Assembly (NCBI GenBank): GCA_034530615.2
Contig: JAVRCV020000056.1
Span: forward strand, 13,034 to 77,033
Reading direction: 5' to 3'
Source of the DNA: Aulosira sp. ZfuVER01
GTDB lineage: Bacteria > Cyanobacteriota > Cyanobacteriia > Cyanobacteriales > Nostocaceae
DNA length: 64,000 bases
The position numbers and the translations under genes are program-made. Of the stretch, positions 18,804 through 29,553 are shown piece after piece. The notes under the pieces were generated by a model. That model was not told where the DNA came from. It did not search any database and was given only the letters and a program-made list of their open reading frames with translations. Position 1 is the first letter of the stretch; every line of letters starts with the position of its first letter.

Positions 18804-21800
18804 TTAGTTAAATAGATGTGATGTCAGTTCGAGAATTTCATCAAAGCAGAAACTCCGGACTAAATTTAATAATTTTTCTGCTAAGTCAGCATGAGATTGC
18901 GGAATTTGCTCAATTAATTGAAAAATTCTCTCACCATCAACTGCAATAGCTGCTTGATGAAGTTCCCCTATCCATTCAGTGGGCATAATTGTAATTGCAG
19001 AATGAATATCTAACATAGAATATTGAACATTCTCTGACTTTTTATCTGTTATATTTTCGCTACTTTCTTCTGAGAAAAGATAGCTTAAATGTAAATATTC
19101 AGCTATCTTTTCAAAAATTATTTGTTCGCGGAATGGTTTGCGAATTAAGTCGTCGCACCCTGCGGCTAAAATACTTGCTTGTTGTTCTTCAAAAGCACTG
19201 GCTGTCAGAGCAATAATCACTGTGTGGGAATTTGTCTCTAAACTTCTCTCCCTAGCTCTAATTTCTTTAGTGGCATCGTAGCCGTTCATTACAGGCATCC
19301 GCATATCCATCCAAATTAACTGAGGTTGCCATTTCTGCCACATAGCGATCGCTTCTTGTCCGTTACTAGCAGCCTCAACTTCAAAGCCAACACCGCCTAG
19401 AAGTTGCATCATTAAATCGCGGTTTTCTTTGCGATCGTCAACTACGAGAATACGGTAAGTTGGTTGGTCTGCTGCTAGTTTGAGTACGCGCCCCCGACTC
19501 AACTTTGGTGTAACTTTTAATGGTGTGGCTAAATTAACTTGAATGTCAAAGCTAAAAGTAGATCCTTGCCCTAAATTACTGCAAAGGTGAATATCTCCTC
19601 CCAACAACCGCACAAACTGTCGGCTAATAGTTAGACCTAGCCCAGTACCCTCCTTGGTTTGAATACCACTGCTTGTCTGGACAAACGGCTGAAACAGATT
19701 ATTCATTTCTGCTGCTGCTATCCCCCGTCCAGTATCCTCAACTTCAAAGATGATGAATTGGGAATGGGGCATAGATTTGTAGTTATTCTCCTTGTCCCCC
19801 TTGTCTCTCTTGCCCCCCTTGTCCCCCGCATCCCCCTCATCCCCCAATCTCGCCCGCAACGTCACTCCCCCGGTTTGGGTGAACTTGATGGCGTTACCCA
19901 ACAGGTTGATCAAAACTTGGCGGAGTTTACCTTCATCTGTTTGGATATAACGCGGCAGATCGGCAGCAATTTCAAACTTGAGGTACAACTGTTTTGTCTG
20001 CGCCCGTACCTGAAACATTTCTTGTAATGTTTGCAACATCAGGTAGAGGTCGAAGTCTTCAGGATTGAAAACGATTTGTCCGGCCTCAATTTTGGACATT
20101 TCCAGGACATCGTTAATCAGGTTGAGTAGATGTTCTCCACTACGGTTAATCGTAGCTAAAGATTCACGCTGGTTTGAGTTGAGACTAGCGTCTCGCTCCA
20201 TCAACTGAGAAAAACCTAAGATGGCATTGAGAGGAGTGCGGAGTTCGTGGCTCATGTTAGCCAAGAAAGCACTTTTGGCACGGTTGGCAGTTTCGGCGGC
20301 TTCTTTTGCTACTCTCAAGGCTGCTTCTGCTTGATGTCTAGCCCTACCGATCGCAATGATTTCACCTACCAATTTCAGGAGATTCATCTCCTGTTGATTC
20401 CAGTTTTTCGTATAGTGAATAGTATCTGCGGCAATAAACCCGACTACTTTACCAGAATGAATCATTGGTACACCTAATGCAGATTTAATTGACTGATTTT
20501 CAAAGAATTCTTTCTCAGGTGTATCGGGTGGTAAATCGGCTATGCATGGCAAAACAGAATTTTGCCCTATAAGTATTGGTGCAAGTAAAGGGAACATTTC
20601 TAAATTGCCCCTTCTGGCATTACCGCTTAATGGTGGAATATCAGCAGCACGCCATTCATGGACTATGTAGACTTCCCTTGGCTGATCGGATAACTCAAAA
20701 ATCGAGCAGCGTTCAGCATTAATAAATTGAGCGATCGCCTGAAGTGTAAAATTAATTGCTGTGTCTATATCTTGGTCGATAAATTGGCGGGAAATACTGC
20801 TGAGTATACTTTCTAGTTGAGCGCGACTTTGCAAAGCTTGCTCTACTTGCTTGCGATCGCTGATATCTGTAAAGACAGAATCTAAACAAGATTCTTCGGC
20901 GTTGAGGCGCAGTGATAATAGTACCCAAACCACAGAGCCATCGCCACGCCGTAGTGCTAATTCAAAATTGCGAACTTCGCCAGATGCTGCTAACTCTGCT
21001 AACATCCGGGCGCGATCGTTGGGATTAACATACAATTCAGTTGTGAAATACCTGCCAATCAAGTCACTAGCAGCAGCGAAACCTAAGATATCAGCACCGC
21101 GTTGATTTGCATCGACAATTAATCCATCTTGTTGACGAGTGCGGAAAATCCCTACTTGGGAATTTTCAAAGATGTTGCGGTATTTCATTTCACTACGACG
21201 CAAGGCTTCTTCTGTTTGCTTGCGTTCTGTAATGTCCCGCCCCACACCAGCGATCGCAATTTCACCATCAGGAGTGTTAATGGTGGAAGTGTTAAAGCTG
21301 AACCATCGCCAGCTATTGTTTTTGTGTCTTAATCGCACCTCAATACCTGTCTGCTTTTCCCCAGCTATGGCTTTTTGTATACCTGCGGCGCTAATTGCTA
21401 AATCTTCAGGATAAGTAAATTCGACTACAGAATGTCCCTCGATTTCTGGCAGGGTGTAGCCCATAATTGGAGTCACATTAGGCGAGTGGTAAGTAAAAAT
21501 TCCCTCTGGAGAGATGGTAAAAATTAAGTCATTGGCATTCTCTACAATAGTGCGGAACTTGATTTCACTTTGTTGCAAAGCTGCTTGGGCGCGTTTACGT
21601 TCTGTAGCATCGGTACCAACTGAAAGTATTTCGATTAAGTTGCCTTGCTCGTCTAAAATAGGTTTATTTGCCCAAACTATCCAGACGCGATCGCCATTTT
21701 TGCACGAGTTTTCATTTTCATTGAATAGGTAGTTTTCTGGGTGCTGGCAAATATCAACCATTAAAGCCTGTAAGTCGCGCCCAGAAGTTTCAGTTTCGGG

Positions 21801-23525
21801 GACAATTGTCCCGACCACATTGCGTCCTATAATCTCTTGGGCATCAAAACCAAAAAGCTTTTGACCGTAGTCATTTAAGTATATGATGTCACCGTGACTG
21901 TCCCAACGCAGAATAATGCAGTTGGCTGTTTGTACCAAATCGCGATACTGGACTTCGCTTTGTCGCAAAGCTGCTTCTGTGCGTTTGCGATCGCTAATAT
22001 CTCGGACTATTGCCAAGACGTGTCGTTTGCCATTGTAAATGCAAGTCGTTCCTTTAACTTCCACATCTATTAAAGTGCCATCTTTGCAGATATCAACAGC
22101 TTGTCCATAAAATTGCCCCCCAGCGCGCGTTGTCTCAAGAAACTCATAGAAAACCGGATGTGAATTTGGGTGAATGTAAACTGATGGATGCAAAGTAATA
22201 AATTCTTCGTAAGTATAACCATGCATCTGACAAGCAGCGGGATTAACTTCGGCAACTGTTTCGGTTTCTATGTCAGTAATAAATAGTCCATCATTAATCG
22301 CTTCAAAAATACTGCGATATTGCAACTCACTTTGTCGCAATGCTGCTTCTGTTTTTTGGCGTTGGGTGACATCACGGAAACTCCACACTCTACCAATAAT
22401 CTGGTCTTTGATGCGCTGAGGACAGGAGTATCTCTCAAAAACCCTACCATCTTGCAATTCTAAAAAGTCGTAACTATCTAGCTCTGGCTGGGCGTATAAT
22501 TCTCGAACTCGCTGCAAAAATCCCTGAGGATCTTTTAACTGGTTTGCCAAATACGCCAGCCGCTTAGGATGGTCTGGTTCTGTTAAAAGTTCTGGTGGAA
22601 TTGACCACATTTCTAAGAACTTTTGATTGTAACTGGTGATATTTCCTAAGCTATCAATTGCTAAGATACCGTCTTGAATCGATTCCAAGATCGCGCTTAA
22701 CAAAGATAAGGAGTTTTCTAAAGCTACTTGGGTAAGTTTGCGATCGCTAACATCACGCCCTAAAACTACCAGCGCCTTGCGTCTACCATCTGGGTGAAAT
22801 ACAGGCACTTTAATCATATCCACAATGCTCACTGTACCATCAGGGCGAGGTACAACTTCTTCTACCCGATTTACAGATCCCTGCTGCCAAGCTTGTTCGT
22901 CTGTTTGGTCGCAATTGAGTAAAGTATCGTGATAAAAATCGCTAAATTGCGCTAGTTCGGAATCAGTTTTTCCTTTGTAATCAACACCATGTATCTCTAA
23001 AAATTCCAGGTTAGCTTGATTCGACTCCAGCCATTTTCCTTCGCTGTCCTTTAAACAGATAATATCTGGTGTCGCGTTAATTAGCGTGCGTAAACGTTCT
23101 TCACTCTCTTGGAAGGATTTTTGAGCTTGTTGAGCCAGCGTAATATCCTGAATTACTAGTACAGCACAATCATCCTCATTCAGTCCCGCACGACTACCAG
23201 AGATTTGCAGCACCAAAGAACGCTTACCTTGATGAAACTCATACTCTGTAGTTTCGTACTTTCCATTTTGGATCAGCACATCAGGGTAGGAGTTTAAAGC
23301 AACAGGTTTTCCTAATTTTAATAAGGGTAGTAACTCACTTAGCTGCCAGCCTGCGATCGCACTTTTGGGCCGATTCACCAGACACTCAAAGCTAGAATTA
23401 CACCATTGAACACGTCGGTCTTCCCCAACCCAGACTACAGCATCAGCGATCGCACCTAGCGTTACTTCCATCTTGGTAAGGGTTGCTTGCAATAGCTTAA
23501 CCTGCTCTAGCTGTTCAGCGCTCAT
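18804..23525 (-). CDS. Cytoplasmic hybrid histidine kinase: multiple PAS, GAF, HisKA, HATPase, REC
   Basis: Repeated PAS/PAC units (..DISDRK..), GAF, MSHELRTPLN, NAIKFT, GTGLGL, C-terminal REC (MDMRMP); no obvious transmembrane segment. Confidence 0.93.
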   Translation of the reverse strand: MSAEQLEQVKLLQATLTKMEVTLGAIADAVVWVGEDRRVQWCNSSFECLVNRPKSAIAGWQLSELLPLLKLGKPVALNSYPDVLIQNGKYETTEYEFHQGKRSLVLQISGSRAGLNEDDCAVLVIQDITLAQQAQKSFQESEERLRTLINATPDIICLKDSEGKWLESNQANLEFLEIHGVDYKGKTDSELAQFSDFYHDTLLNCDQTDEQAWQQGSVNRVEEVVPRPDGTVSIVDMIKVPVFHPDGRRKALVVLGRDVSDRKLTQVALENSLSLLSAILESIQDGILAIDSLGNITSYNQKFLEMWSIPPELLTEPDHPKRLAYLANQLKDPQGFLQRVRELYAQPELDSYDFLELQDGRVFERYSCPQRIKDQIIGRVWSFRDVTQRQKTEAALRQSELQYRSIFEAINDGLFITDIETETVAEVNPAACQMHGYTYEEFITLHPSVYIHPNSHPVFYEFLETTRAGGQFYGQAVDICKDGTLIDVEVKGTTCIYNGKRHVLAIVRDISDRKRTEAALRQSEVQYRDLVQTANCIILRWDSHGDIIYLNDYGQKLFGFDAQEIIGRNVVGTIVPETETSGRDLQALMVDICQHPENYLFNENENSCKNGDRVWIVWANKPILDEQGNLIEILSVGTDATERKRAQAALQQSEIKFRTIVENANDLIFTISPEGIFTYHSPNVTPIMGYTLPEIEGHSVVEFTYPEDLAISAAGIQKAIAGEKQTGIEVRLRHKNNSWRWFSFNTSTINTPDGEIAIAGVGRDITERKQTEEALRRSEMKYRNIFENSQVGIFRTRQQDGLIVDANQRGADILGFAAASDLIGRYFTTELYVNPNDRARMLAELAASGEVRNFELALRRGDGSVVWVLLSLRLNAEESCLDSVFTDISDRKQVEQALQSRAQLESILSSISRQFIDQDIDTAINFTLQAIAQFINAERCSIFELSDQPREVYIVHEWRAADIPPLSGNARRGNLEMFPLLAPILIGQNSVLPCIADLPPDTPEKEFFENQSIKSALGVPMIHSGKVVGFIAADTIHYTKNWNQQEMNLLKLVGEIIAIGRARHQAEAALRVAKEAAETANRAKSAFLANMSHELRTPLNAILGFSQLMERDASLNSNQRESLATINRSGEHLLNLINDVLEMSKIEAGQIVFNPEDFDLYLMLQTLQEMFQVRAQTKQLYLKFEIAADLPRYIQTDEGKLRQVLINLLGNAIKFTQTGGVTLRARLGDEGDAGDKGGKRDKGDKENNYKSMPHSQFIIFEVEDTGRGIAAAEMNNLFQPFVQTSSGIQTKEGTGLGLTISRQFVRLLGGDIHLCSNLGQGSTFSFDIQVNLATPLKVTPKLSRGRVLKLAADQPTYRILVVDDRKENRDLMMQLLGGVGFEVEAASNGQEAIAMWQKWQPQLIWMDMRMPVMNGYDATKEIRARERSLETNSHTVIIALTASAFEEQQASILAAGCDDLIRKPFREQIIFEKIAEYLHLSYLFSEESSENITDKKSENVQYSMLDIHSAITIMPTEWIGELHQAAIAVDGERIFQLIEQIPQSHADLAEKLLNLVRSFCFDEILELTSHLFN

Positions 23526-23923
23526 TAGCGATTCCTTATTGCCTCTGGGATAGATTGAATACCAGTTTGGTATAGAGATTGTATCGCTAATTATAAATGC
23601 TTGAACAAGTTTCTAGAATTGCTTCATAGTATTCTGTTACACGAAATTACAGCAAGAGTATTAGCTTGTTTGAATTCTCGAAAATTTTAATAATGCTTTT
23701 TGAATAAGTTAATTTCTTTGCTTTATTGGTGTGGATTTAGTACCTCGACTTCTTTAATAATTCGGGGTTCTAGGCAATAATCTCCAATTCTCTCAACCAT
23801 TACTAGGTATATAGGTGATACCACGATATTTAAGTGCAGATTTAGGTCGATTTTGAACTGGTTTCAATTTTACAATCTGGTAACTAAATCCACTATCCTT
23901 TGCTGACTATTCCCACTACACAA

Positions 23924-24721
23924 CTACGAATACAGGCTTCCGGATTTATCTGTAGGCTGATTAATTTTACATTTTGAATTTTGAATTGTCTCAAGGGGTT
24001 GACGGCTTTTAATTACTCGTGCTGGTACACCCACAGCTACTGAAAATGGAGGAATATCTTTAGTAACAACAGCGCCAGCACCTATTACACTACCTCTACC
24101 AATGGTCACGCCATCTAATACTTTCACCCCATGACCTAGCCAGCAGTCATCCTCAATTACGATCCCCTTACAAGTAATACCTTGGTATTTGATTGGCTCA
24201 CTTGGATCTGCAAAGTTGTGATTATTTGCATATATTCCAGTGTGGGCTGCAATTAAGCAGTGCTTACCAATTTTAATTTCTCCAGGGCCAGCAATACAAA
24301 CGCTAGGGCCAATAAAAGTATCTTGACCGATGTGAATACAAGTGTTGTTTAATGCCCCTATGAGAACATTACGCTCAAGAACAACTCCATTTTCTAGATG
24401 AATTCTATTATTCTCGTGTCCTTTTCCATCTATACGAACACCTTTGAAAATATATGCTCCATTGCCAATCTCAATAGCATCAGTACTAATAAATTCAACG
24501 CCATCTTGAATATAAACTGAGCTACCTAGCCGGGCAAAAATTGCGCGATACATCAAATTACGTAACTTTACGCCTCCAAAAATTGTGGGAATATCACCTA
24601 GAAAAGTAATTAGCAAAAGTTGTTGAAACCGCTTCAGTTTTGAAAAATATCTCAAGTCATTCATGGCTCTATTATTCTTGATTGCGTTATTGGAGATTTT
24701 TGGAATTGTGAAATACCTCAC
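23924..24721 (-). CDS. Hexapeptide-repeat (left-handed beta-helix) acyltransferase
   Basis: IEDDCWLG, IGRGSVIGAGAVVTKDIP, GVPA; start uncertain. Confidence 0.88.
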   Translation of the reverse strand: MRYFTIPKISNNAIKNNRAMNDLRYFSKLKRFQQLLLITFLGDIPTIFGGVKLRNLMYRAIFARLGSSVYIQDGVEFISTDAIEIGNGAYIFKGVRIDGKGHENNRIHLENGVVLERNVLIGALNNTCIHIGQDTFIGPSVCIAGPGEIKIGKHCLIAAHTGIYANNHNFADPSEPIKYQGITCKGIVIEDDCWLGHGVKVLDGVTIGRGSVIGAGAVVTKDIPPFSVAVGVPARVIKSRQPLETIQNSKCKINQPTDKSGSLYS

Positions 24722-25706
24722 AATATCCTGTATTTGAGTCTTGCTATGTATTGCCTATATTGCTGTCTTTTGAGATTGCAAGTCCACGAATAAACAAGAT
24801 AGCCGATCTAAAGTTTTTCAAACATTTGAAAAACCCAAAGCAAGCTCTCAGGTTAGAAGCTATTAAATCTAGGGGCTATTTAATTATTAGCAATAGCTTT
24901 ACAAGAGATGTCGTATATTTATTTACAAGCTTATGATTGAATCTATGTACTTGTTGAGAAATTCGAGCAAATACTTTTTCTATCTGTCACTGATGACTAC
25001 TGAAGCTTAATGTTTCCCCACAAAATCAAATACTTAACTCTCGATGTGGATTAGTTAGTAATTTGACAAGCTACTATAATTCAGTATTCAGTTATCAAAT
25101 ATCAAAGTAGTGATTTCAATTCAATTACATCTATTTATGCTGTTTCCAAGCAAGCATAAAATTTCCTCGCTAACTTCAAGATGCAATTGTTGAATTACTC
25201 ATAAAATTTCCCAGCAAGTACAAGCACGTTAACTTAGGGGGGAGTGTCTCCAACTTCAGCCATCACATTGAAGTTAACCATCGGAGCATACAAATAAACA
25301 CTTCCCCGATTACTATAACGGCTTACTTGCAGCCAGTTTTTATAGTCTGCTGCTGTTCTCATCATTACGTACACAGAGAATTTACATATTCACTAAAGCG
25401 CCTTTATAGTGACACCATTAGTGTGCTTTCCCCATCCTAGAAGAGACTGATAAAAGTATTGTTAAGGAACAGTAAAGTTTAAAGGAAAAATATAAAGATT
25501 TCAAAATAGACTTGATTTTGTAATCAGTATTTTTCTGGCTTTAGGCATTAATTATACTATCGATAATACCCAATTAAGCAAATAAATAAGCACTAAAAAT
25601 CAGGGTAAATATTTCCTATGTGGTGCTGCATTAGACTAGAAAATTTACCATTGATTTATAATATTAAGTATTGTCGGTAAAAAGTTAACTAGTTTTTGAT
25701 AAAAAC

Positions 25707-25965
25707 CTACTTAAAGAGCAATACAGGAATGTGGCTGCTGCGTCGCATTTGGGCTGTAGTACTGCTAATGACTAAGTGCCGAATACATCTGTGTCCGTAG
25801 GCTTCTATAATCAGTAAATTCATATCTTGCTGTTCTACGTAGCTGGCTATAACCCTTTCTGGTTCGCCATGTATGATTTGACAAATTGGTACAAAACCAC
25901 CTTTACGCGCTTCTATTTCAGCAGTTTGTAGGCGAGACATCGCTGCTGCATCTGGTTGTTTAGAG
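25707..25965 (-). pseudogene. C-terminal remnant of a universal stress protein
   Basis: GEPERVIASYV..LLIIEAYGH..ISSTTAQMRRSSHIPVLL; N-terminal part absent and conserved glycines substituted. Confidence 0.65.
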
Positions 25966-26289
25966 GCTAAGTCAACAACATTAGGAATTGATGAGCGATC
26001 GCTTCATCAATCCAAGTTTACAATCTTGATGCAGATTTTAATTCAGACAGGCGATCGCCTAGTGCATCTTCATTAGGGATCAATATAATGTAGTATCTTT
26101 TTTCTTCGTTTTGGCAGCTTTCCTGAAATACCTTGACTTGAACTAGTGCGTTAGGCTACGCCATAACACACGCTACAAATACCTAATATTTTTTCAAAAT
26201 TTAAATCGGATTTTTATAGTTGATTTTTACTACATAAAAAAAGCTTACAGCTAACAGAAATTTTTGGGTTCCTCGCTATTTTTAAAGTA

Positions 26290-26478
26290 ATGATGGAGCC
26301 GCTTCAAATGAAACGATGTGAAACACTAGCTGAATTGGTCGCACGAACTGTGGTTGAATTTGAGCAACGCGAGCTAGAACTACAAAAAGCTCAGGTGCAT
26401 CAAGTAAAGCCACAAGAAAAAGCTACTAAGCAGCGTAAATCGAATCAAGTTGCTTATACCATTTCACCAAAAATATGA
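26290..26478 (+). CDS. Small hypothetical protein convergent on the recombinase
   Basis: 62-aa ORF with helical, coiled-coil-like N-terminus and basic tail. Confidence 0.5.
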   Translation: MMEPLQMKRCETLAELVARTVVEFEQRELELQKAQVHQVKPQEKATKQRKSNQVAYTISPKI

Positions 26479-26550
26479 TGCAGACGCAAACCTTGGAACC
26501 TTTGCTGAGTCTCAATTTCTTAATTTTGAATTTTGAATTTTGAATTGGTA

Positions 26551-28113
26551 TTAGTGTAGGTATAACAGTTCAACTCCTGTTACTAGGTTGCCATCTACCA
26601 CTATTCTTTTGATACATCCTTTAAGTAAAGCTTGTTTGTCCTGTTGTTCTAAACCTTGCCAATATCTCTCGTTAGAAAATGCAACAACAATTCGCTCTTT
26701 AGCTATGAGATATTGTTTAGATGTGTTGTTTGTTGTAGCGACAGCCGTTGCTATCTGCATCCTGATATCCTCTTTAGCTTTTTCAATTGCTGGATTTGAT
26801 GGTAATGCTTCTAATGTATTTAAAGAAGCCCGCAGTGTTTTAACCTCTGGTGATTCCTCGCAAGAATCAACTTTTTGTTCTACTAATCCAGCTAACCTTT
26901 CTGCTTCCCGAATTAAATGATTAATTACTTGTTTTTCTAATTCATCTGAAGAAATCATGCGTCCGTTTTGACAAGCACCAGTACGATAAAAACTGCATTG
27001 ATAGTGATGACGGACATAATTTTTACGTTTAACCAATTTCTTGCACTGGCGACTATAAGCAGCACCACAATGAGCGCATTTAACTAAGTTGGCGAATGGG
27101 TTGACATATTTTTGCTCGGTAGCCCATCGGTTATTTCGGTTCTCACGGATCGTGGCTTTAATGCTTTCGTGTTCCTCACGGGTGATAATCGTTTCATCTT
27201 CGTGGGTTCCCCATGTTACTTCCCATTCATCGAAGGGTTTGCGATGTCCTTTGGGGCGAACCATCACATTATATGGTGTCCCCCCTGCATAAATAGGATT
27301 TACGAGGATAGAGCGTAACCCAGAAACCGACCACTTCAATCCTGTGTGCGGATAACGCAGATTTAACGCACCTCCACGAGATTTGTTGATATTCTCTAGT
27401 ACAATTTCCTCTGATTCCTTTAGGAGGTTAATTCTGGTATCGGTGGCTTTGGGAATGGCGTTTGCTTGTATACCAAAAGTCTCATGCAGTACTTTCACTG
27501 TTTGAGATACTGTACCTACTGCTAAAAAGGTATCAAATACAAATCGCATCAATTGCGATCGCGTGAATTCTCTCTTCCCCTCAATTAAACAAACACAGGG
27601 ACGCTCATCTCGTTTGTATTTGTCATCCTCAACCATATACCCCAATGGTGCATTCCAGTGAGGTTTTTTATTTTCTTTACGGGTGTCGCGTTCTTTTTTG
27701 ACTCGCATTGCTAGCATTTTCACCTCATACTTAGATGCTGCTAGTCGCACATCGATTGTTAACTCACCACCAATACTCGATAAGTCGAAAGGCTCATCTA
27801 GCGCATAGGGTTGTATACTTTTCTTTTTTAACGCATCCATCAAACGATAAAAAGTCATTGATGAAGATGTTAAACGGTCGATGCGAATAAATAACAACTT
27901 CGATACTTTACCTGGTGCAGATGCATTAATATCTTCAATCAACTGTAACAGCCCTTTACGGCGATCGCTGGTACGGCTTTCTACGTCGTAATATATGTGC
28001 GTTGCACCAGCCTCACGCAACCGCCGCATTTGTTTGATTAACGCGCCTTTATCTTCCGCCTGCTCATCTGTTGAAACCCGTGCGTAACCCAAAACGTCCA
28101 TATACCAAACCAT
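26551..28113 (-). CDS. Large serine recombinase (XisF-like) of the nifK-interrupting element
   Basis: YARVST catalytic Ser, RIDRL, recombinase domain, Zn ribbon CAHC..C..C, coiled coil. Confidence 0.92.
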   Translation of the reverse strand: MVWYMDVLGYARVSTDEQAEDKGALIKQMRRLREAGATHIYYDVESRTSDRRKGLLQLIEDINASAPGKVSKLLFIRIDRLTSSSMTFYRLMDALKKKSIQPYALDEPFDLSSIGGELTIDVRLAASKYEVKMLAMRVKKERDTRKENKKPHWNAPLGYMVEDDKYKRDERPCVCLIEGKREFTRSQLMRFVFDTFLAVGTVSQTVKVLHETFGIQANAIPKATDTRINLLKESEEIVLENINKSRGGALNLRYPHTGLKWSVSGLRSILVNPIYAGGTPYNVMVRPKGHRKPFDEWEVTWGTHEDETIITREEHESIKATIRENRNNRWATEQKYVNPFANLVKCAHCGAAYSRQCKKLVKRKNYVRHHYQCSFYRTGACQNGRMISSDELEKQVINHLIREAERLAGLVEQKVDSCEESPEVKTLRASLNTLEALPSNPAIEKAKEDIRMQIATAVATTNNTSKQYLIAKERIVVAFSNERYWQGLEQQDKQALLKGCIKRIVVDGNLVTGVELLYLH

Positions 28114-28155
28114 AGAAGCGTTATCCTAATATAACTTGATAACTAGCGCATTAGT

Positions 28156-28413
28156 TCTCTTCTGTTCACCGAGCCTGTAGACCTGTTAATCGGTAACTCC
28201 TACGGTAAGTACCTGTGGCGCGATTGTAAGGTTCCCCTCGTAAGAATTGGCTATCCCATCATGGATCGTCACCACCTGCACCGCTACAGCACCATCGGTT
28301 ATCAAGGTGTAATCAACCTCCTCAACTGGGTTGTTAATACAATCTTCGAGGAAATCGATCACAACACTAACATTCCTTCTAAGACCGACATTTCCTACGA
28401 CTTGATTCGTTAA
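28156..28413 (+). CDS. nifK: 3' fragment of nitrogenase MoFe protein beta chain (interrupted gene)
   Basis: SLLFTEPVDLLIGNSYGKYLWRDCKVPLVRIGYPIMDRHHLHRYSTIGYQGVINLLNWVVNTIFEEIDHNTNIPSKTDISYDLIR*; no start codon; not in ORF track. Confidence 0.95.
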   Translation, partial: SLLFTEPVDLLIGNSYGKYLWRDCKVPLVRIGYPIMDRHHLHRYSTIGYQGVINLLNWVVNTIFEEIDHNTNIPSKTDISYDLIR

Positions 28414-28438
28414 GAATCACATTCACTCGCGACGTGTC

Positions 28439-28492
28439 TAAAAAGTAAAAAGTAAAAAGTTAAAAAGAAATATCTTTTTACTTTTTACTTTT
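28439..28492. repeat. STRR-type (AAAAAGT)n inverted array forming a hairpin after nifK
   Basis: AAAAAGT repeats followed by ACTTTTT repeats. Confidence 0.7.
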
Positions 28493-28515
28493 TCCTCGTA
28501 CCTGAAGTATTGATT

Positions 28516-28860
28516 ATGGAAACTATCACCAAACATCACTCTCATTCTCATCCTCATCCTCAGCCTAACTACCATCCACCCAACTATAAACGCTCTGGTA
28601 CTTTTGATATCTTGAATCCCTTGCGTCGGTTGGTTGATGGCATTACAGTAAAAAATGCTCGTTTTGCCCATATAATTTGTCAGGTAATACCTTGCTGTTG
28701 TCCCTTTGAGCGCAATATTCAATTATTAGGCAAGACTTTTCATATTCCCGCACTGTGCAAACTCAATCCTTTGTATGATGAGTTTGTGATGTTGCGTTTT
28801 CGTGCGCTCTCTTATCTTGCAGATGAATGTGGAGAGGATGTCACAAAATACATTTGTTAG
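28516..28860 (+). CDS. Mo-dependent nitrogenase C-terminal domain protein
   Basis: ICQVIPCCCPFER..IPALCKLNPLYDE..LRFRALSYLADECGED; sits between nifK and nifE. Confidence 0.85.
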   Translation: METITKHHSHSHPHPQPNYHPPNYKRSGTFDILNPLRRLVDGITVKNARFAHIICQVIPCCCPFERNIQLLGKTFHIPALCKLNPLYDEFVMLRFRALSYLADECGEDVTKYIC

Positions 28861-28989
28861 AAATTAGTTGCTACTCATTACTCATTACCATTAGTCAAAA
28901 GTCATTAGTCATTGGTTATTAATTATTAATTATTAGTTATTCAAATGACAAATGACAAATAACAACTGCCATCCAGCAAGAGAAGAGAG

Positions 28990-29553
28990 ATGAAAATCAC
29001 CCAAGGCAAAATTAACGAGCTGCTTAGTGAGCCAGGATGCGAACATAATCAGCACAAACAAAGCGAAAAGAAAAACAAGTCTTGTACCCAACAGGCGCAA
29101 CCAGGCGCGGCTCAAGGGGGTTGTGCTTTTGATGGCGCAATGATTGCCTTAGTGCCAATTACTGATGCGGCTCATTTAGTCCACGGGCCGATCGCCTGTG
29201 CTGGTAATTCCTGGGGAAGTCGTGGTAGTCTCTCTTCAGGCCCCATGCTCTACAAAACGGGGTTTACCACTGACTTAAGTGAAAATGATGTAATCTTTGG
29301 GGGCGAAAAGAAACTCTACAAAGCCATCCTCGAAATACATAAACGCTACAATCCAGCCGCAGTTTTTGTTTACGCTACCTGCGTGACTGCTTTGATTGGT
29401 GATGATATCGATGCTGTTTGCAAAACTGCGGCAGAAAAAATTGGCACTCCTGTTATTCCGGTAATTGCTCCGGGATTTATTGGGAGTAAAAATCTGGGTA
29501 ATCGCTTTGGCGGTGAAGCTTTGCTGGAATATGTAGTAGGTACAGCAGAACCA
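28990..29553 (+). CDS. nifE: 5' fragment of FeMo-cofactor scaffold NifE (interrupted gene)
   Basis: [31 protein letters not shown]; homology ends at VGTAEP, then non-Nif[11 protein letters not shown] to 29586. Confidence 0.95.

Larger units (their letters stand above)
1..28153. mobile_element. Putative nifK-interrupting (heterocyst excision) element, right part; left end outside window
   Basis: nifK homology starts abruptly about 40 bp from the recombinase start codon; no nifK 5' part seen in 1-28153; extent inferred. Confidence 0.6.

Noticed and set aside
20340..20820. GAF domain as a cyanobacteriochrome photosensor
   Set aside because: No recognisable chromophore-binding CH or DXCF-type motif
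24722..25700. 1-kb AT-rich gap as an ncRNA locus
   Set aside because: No convincing structure, repeat or ORF seen
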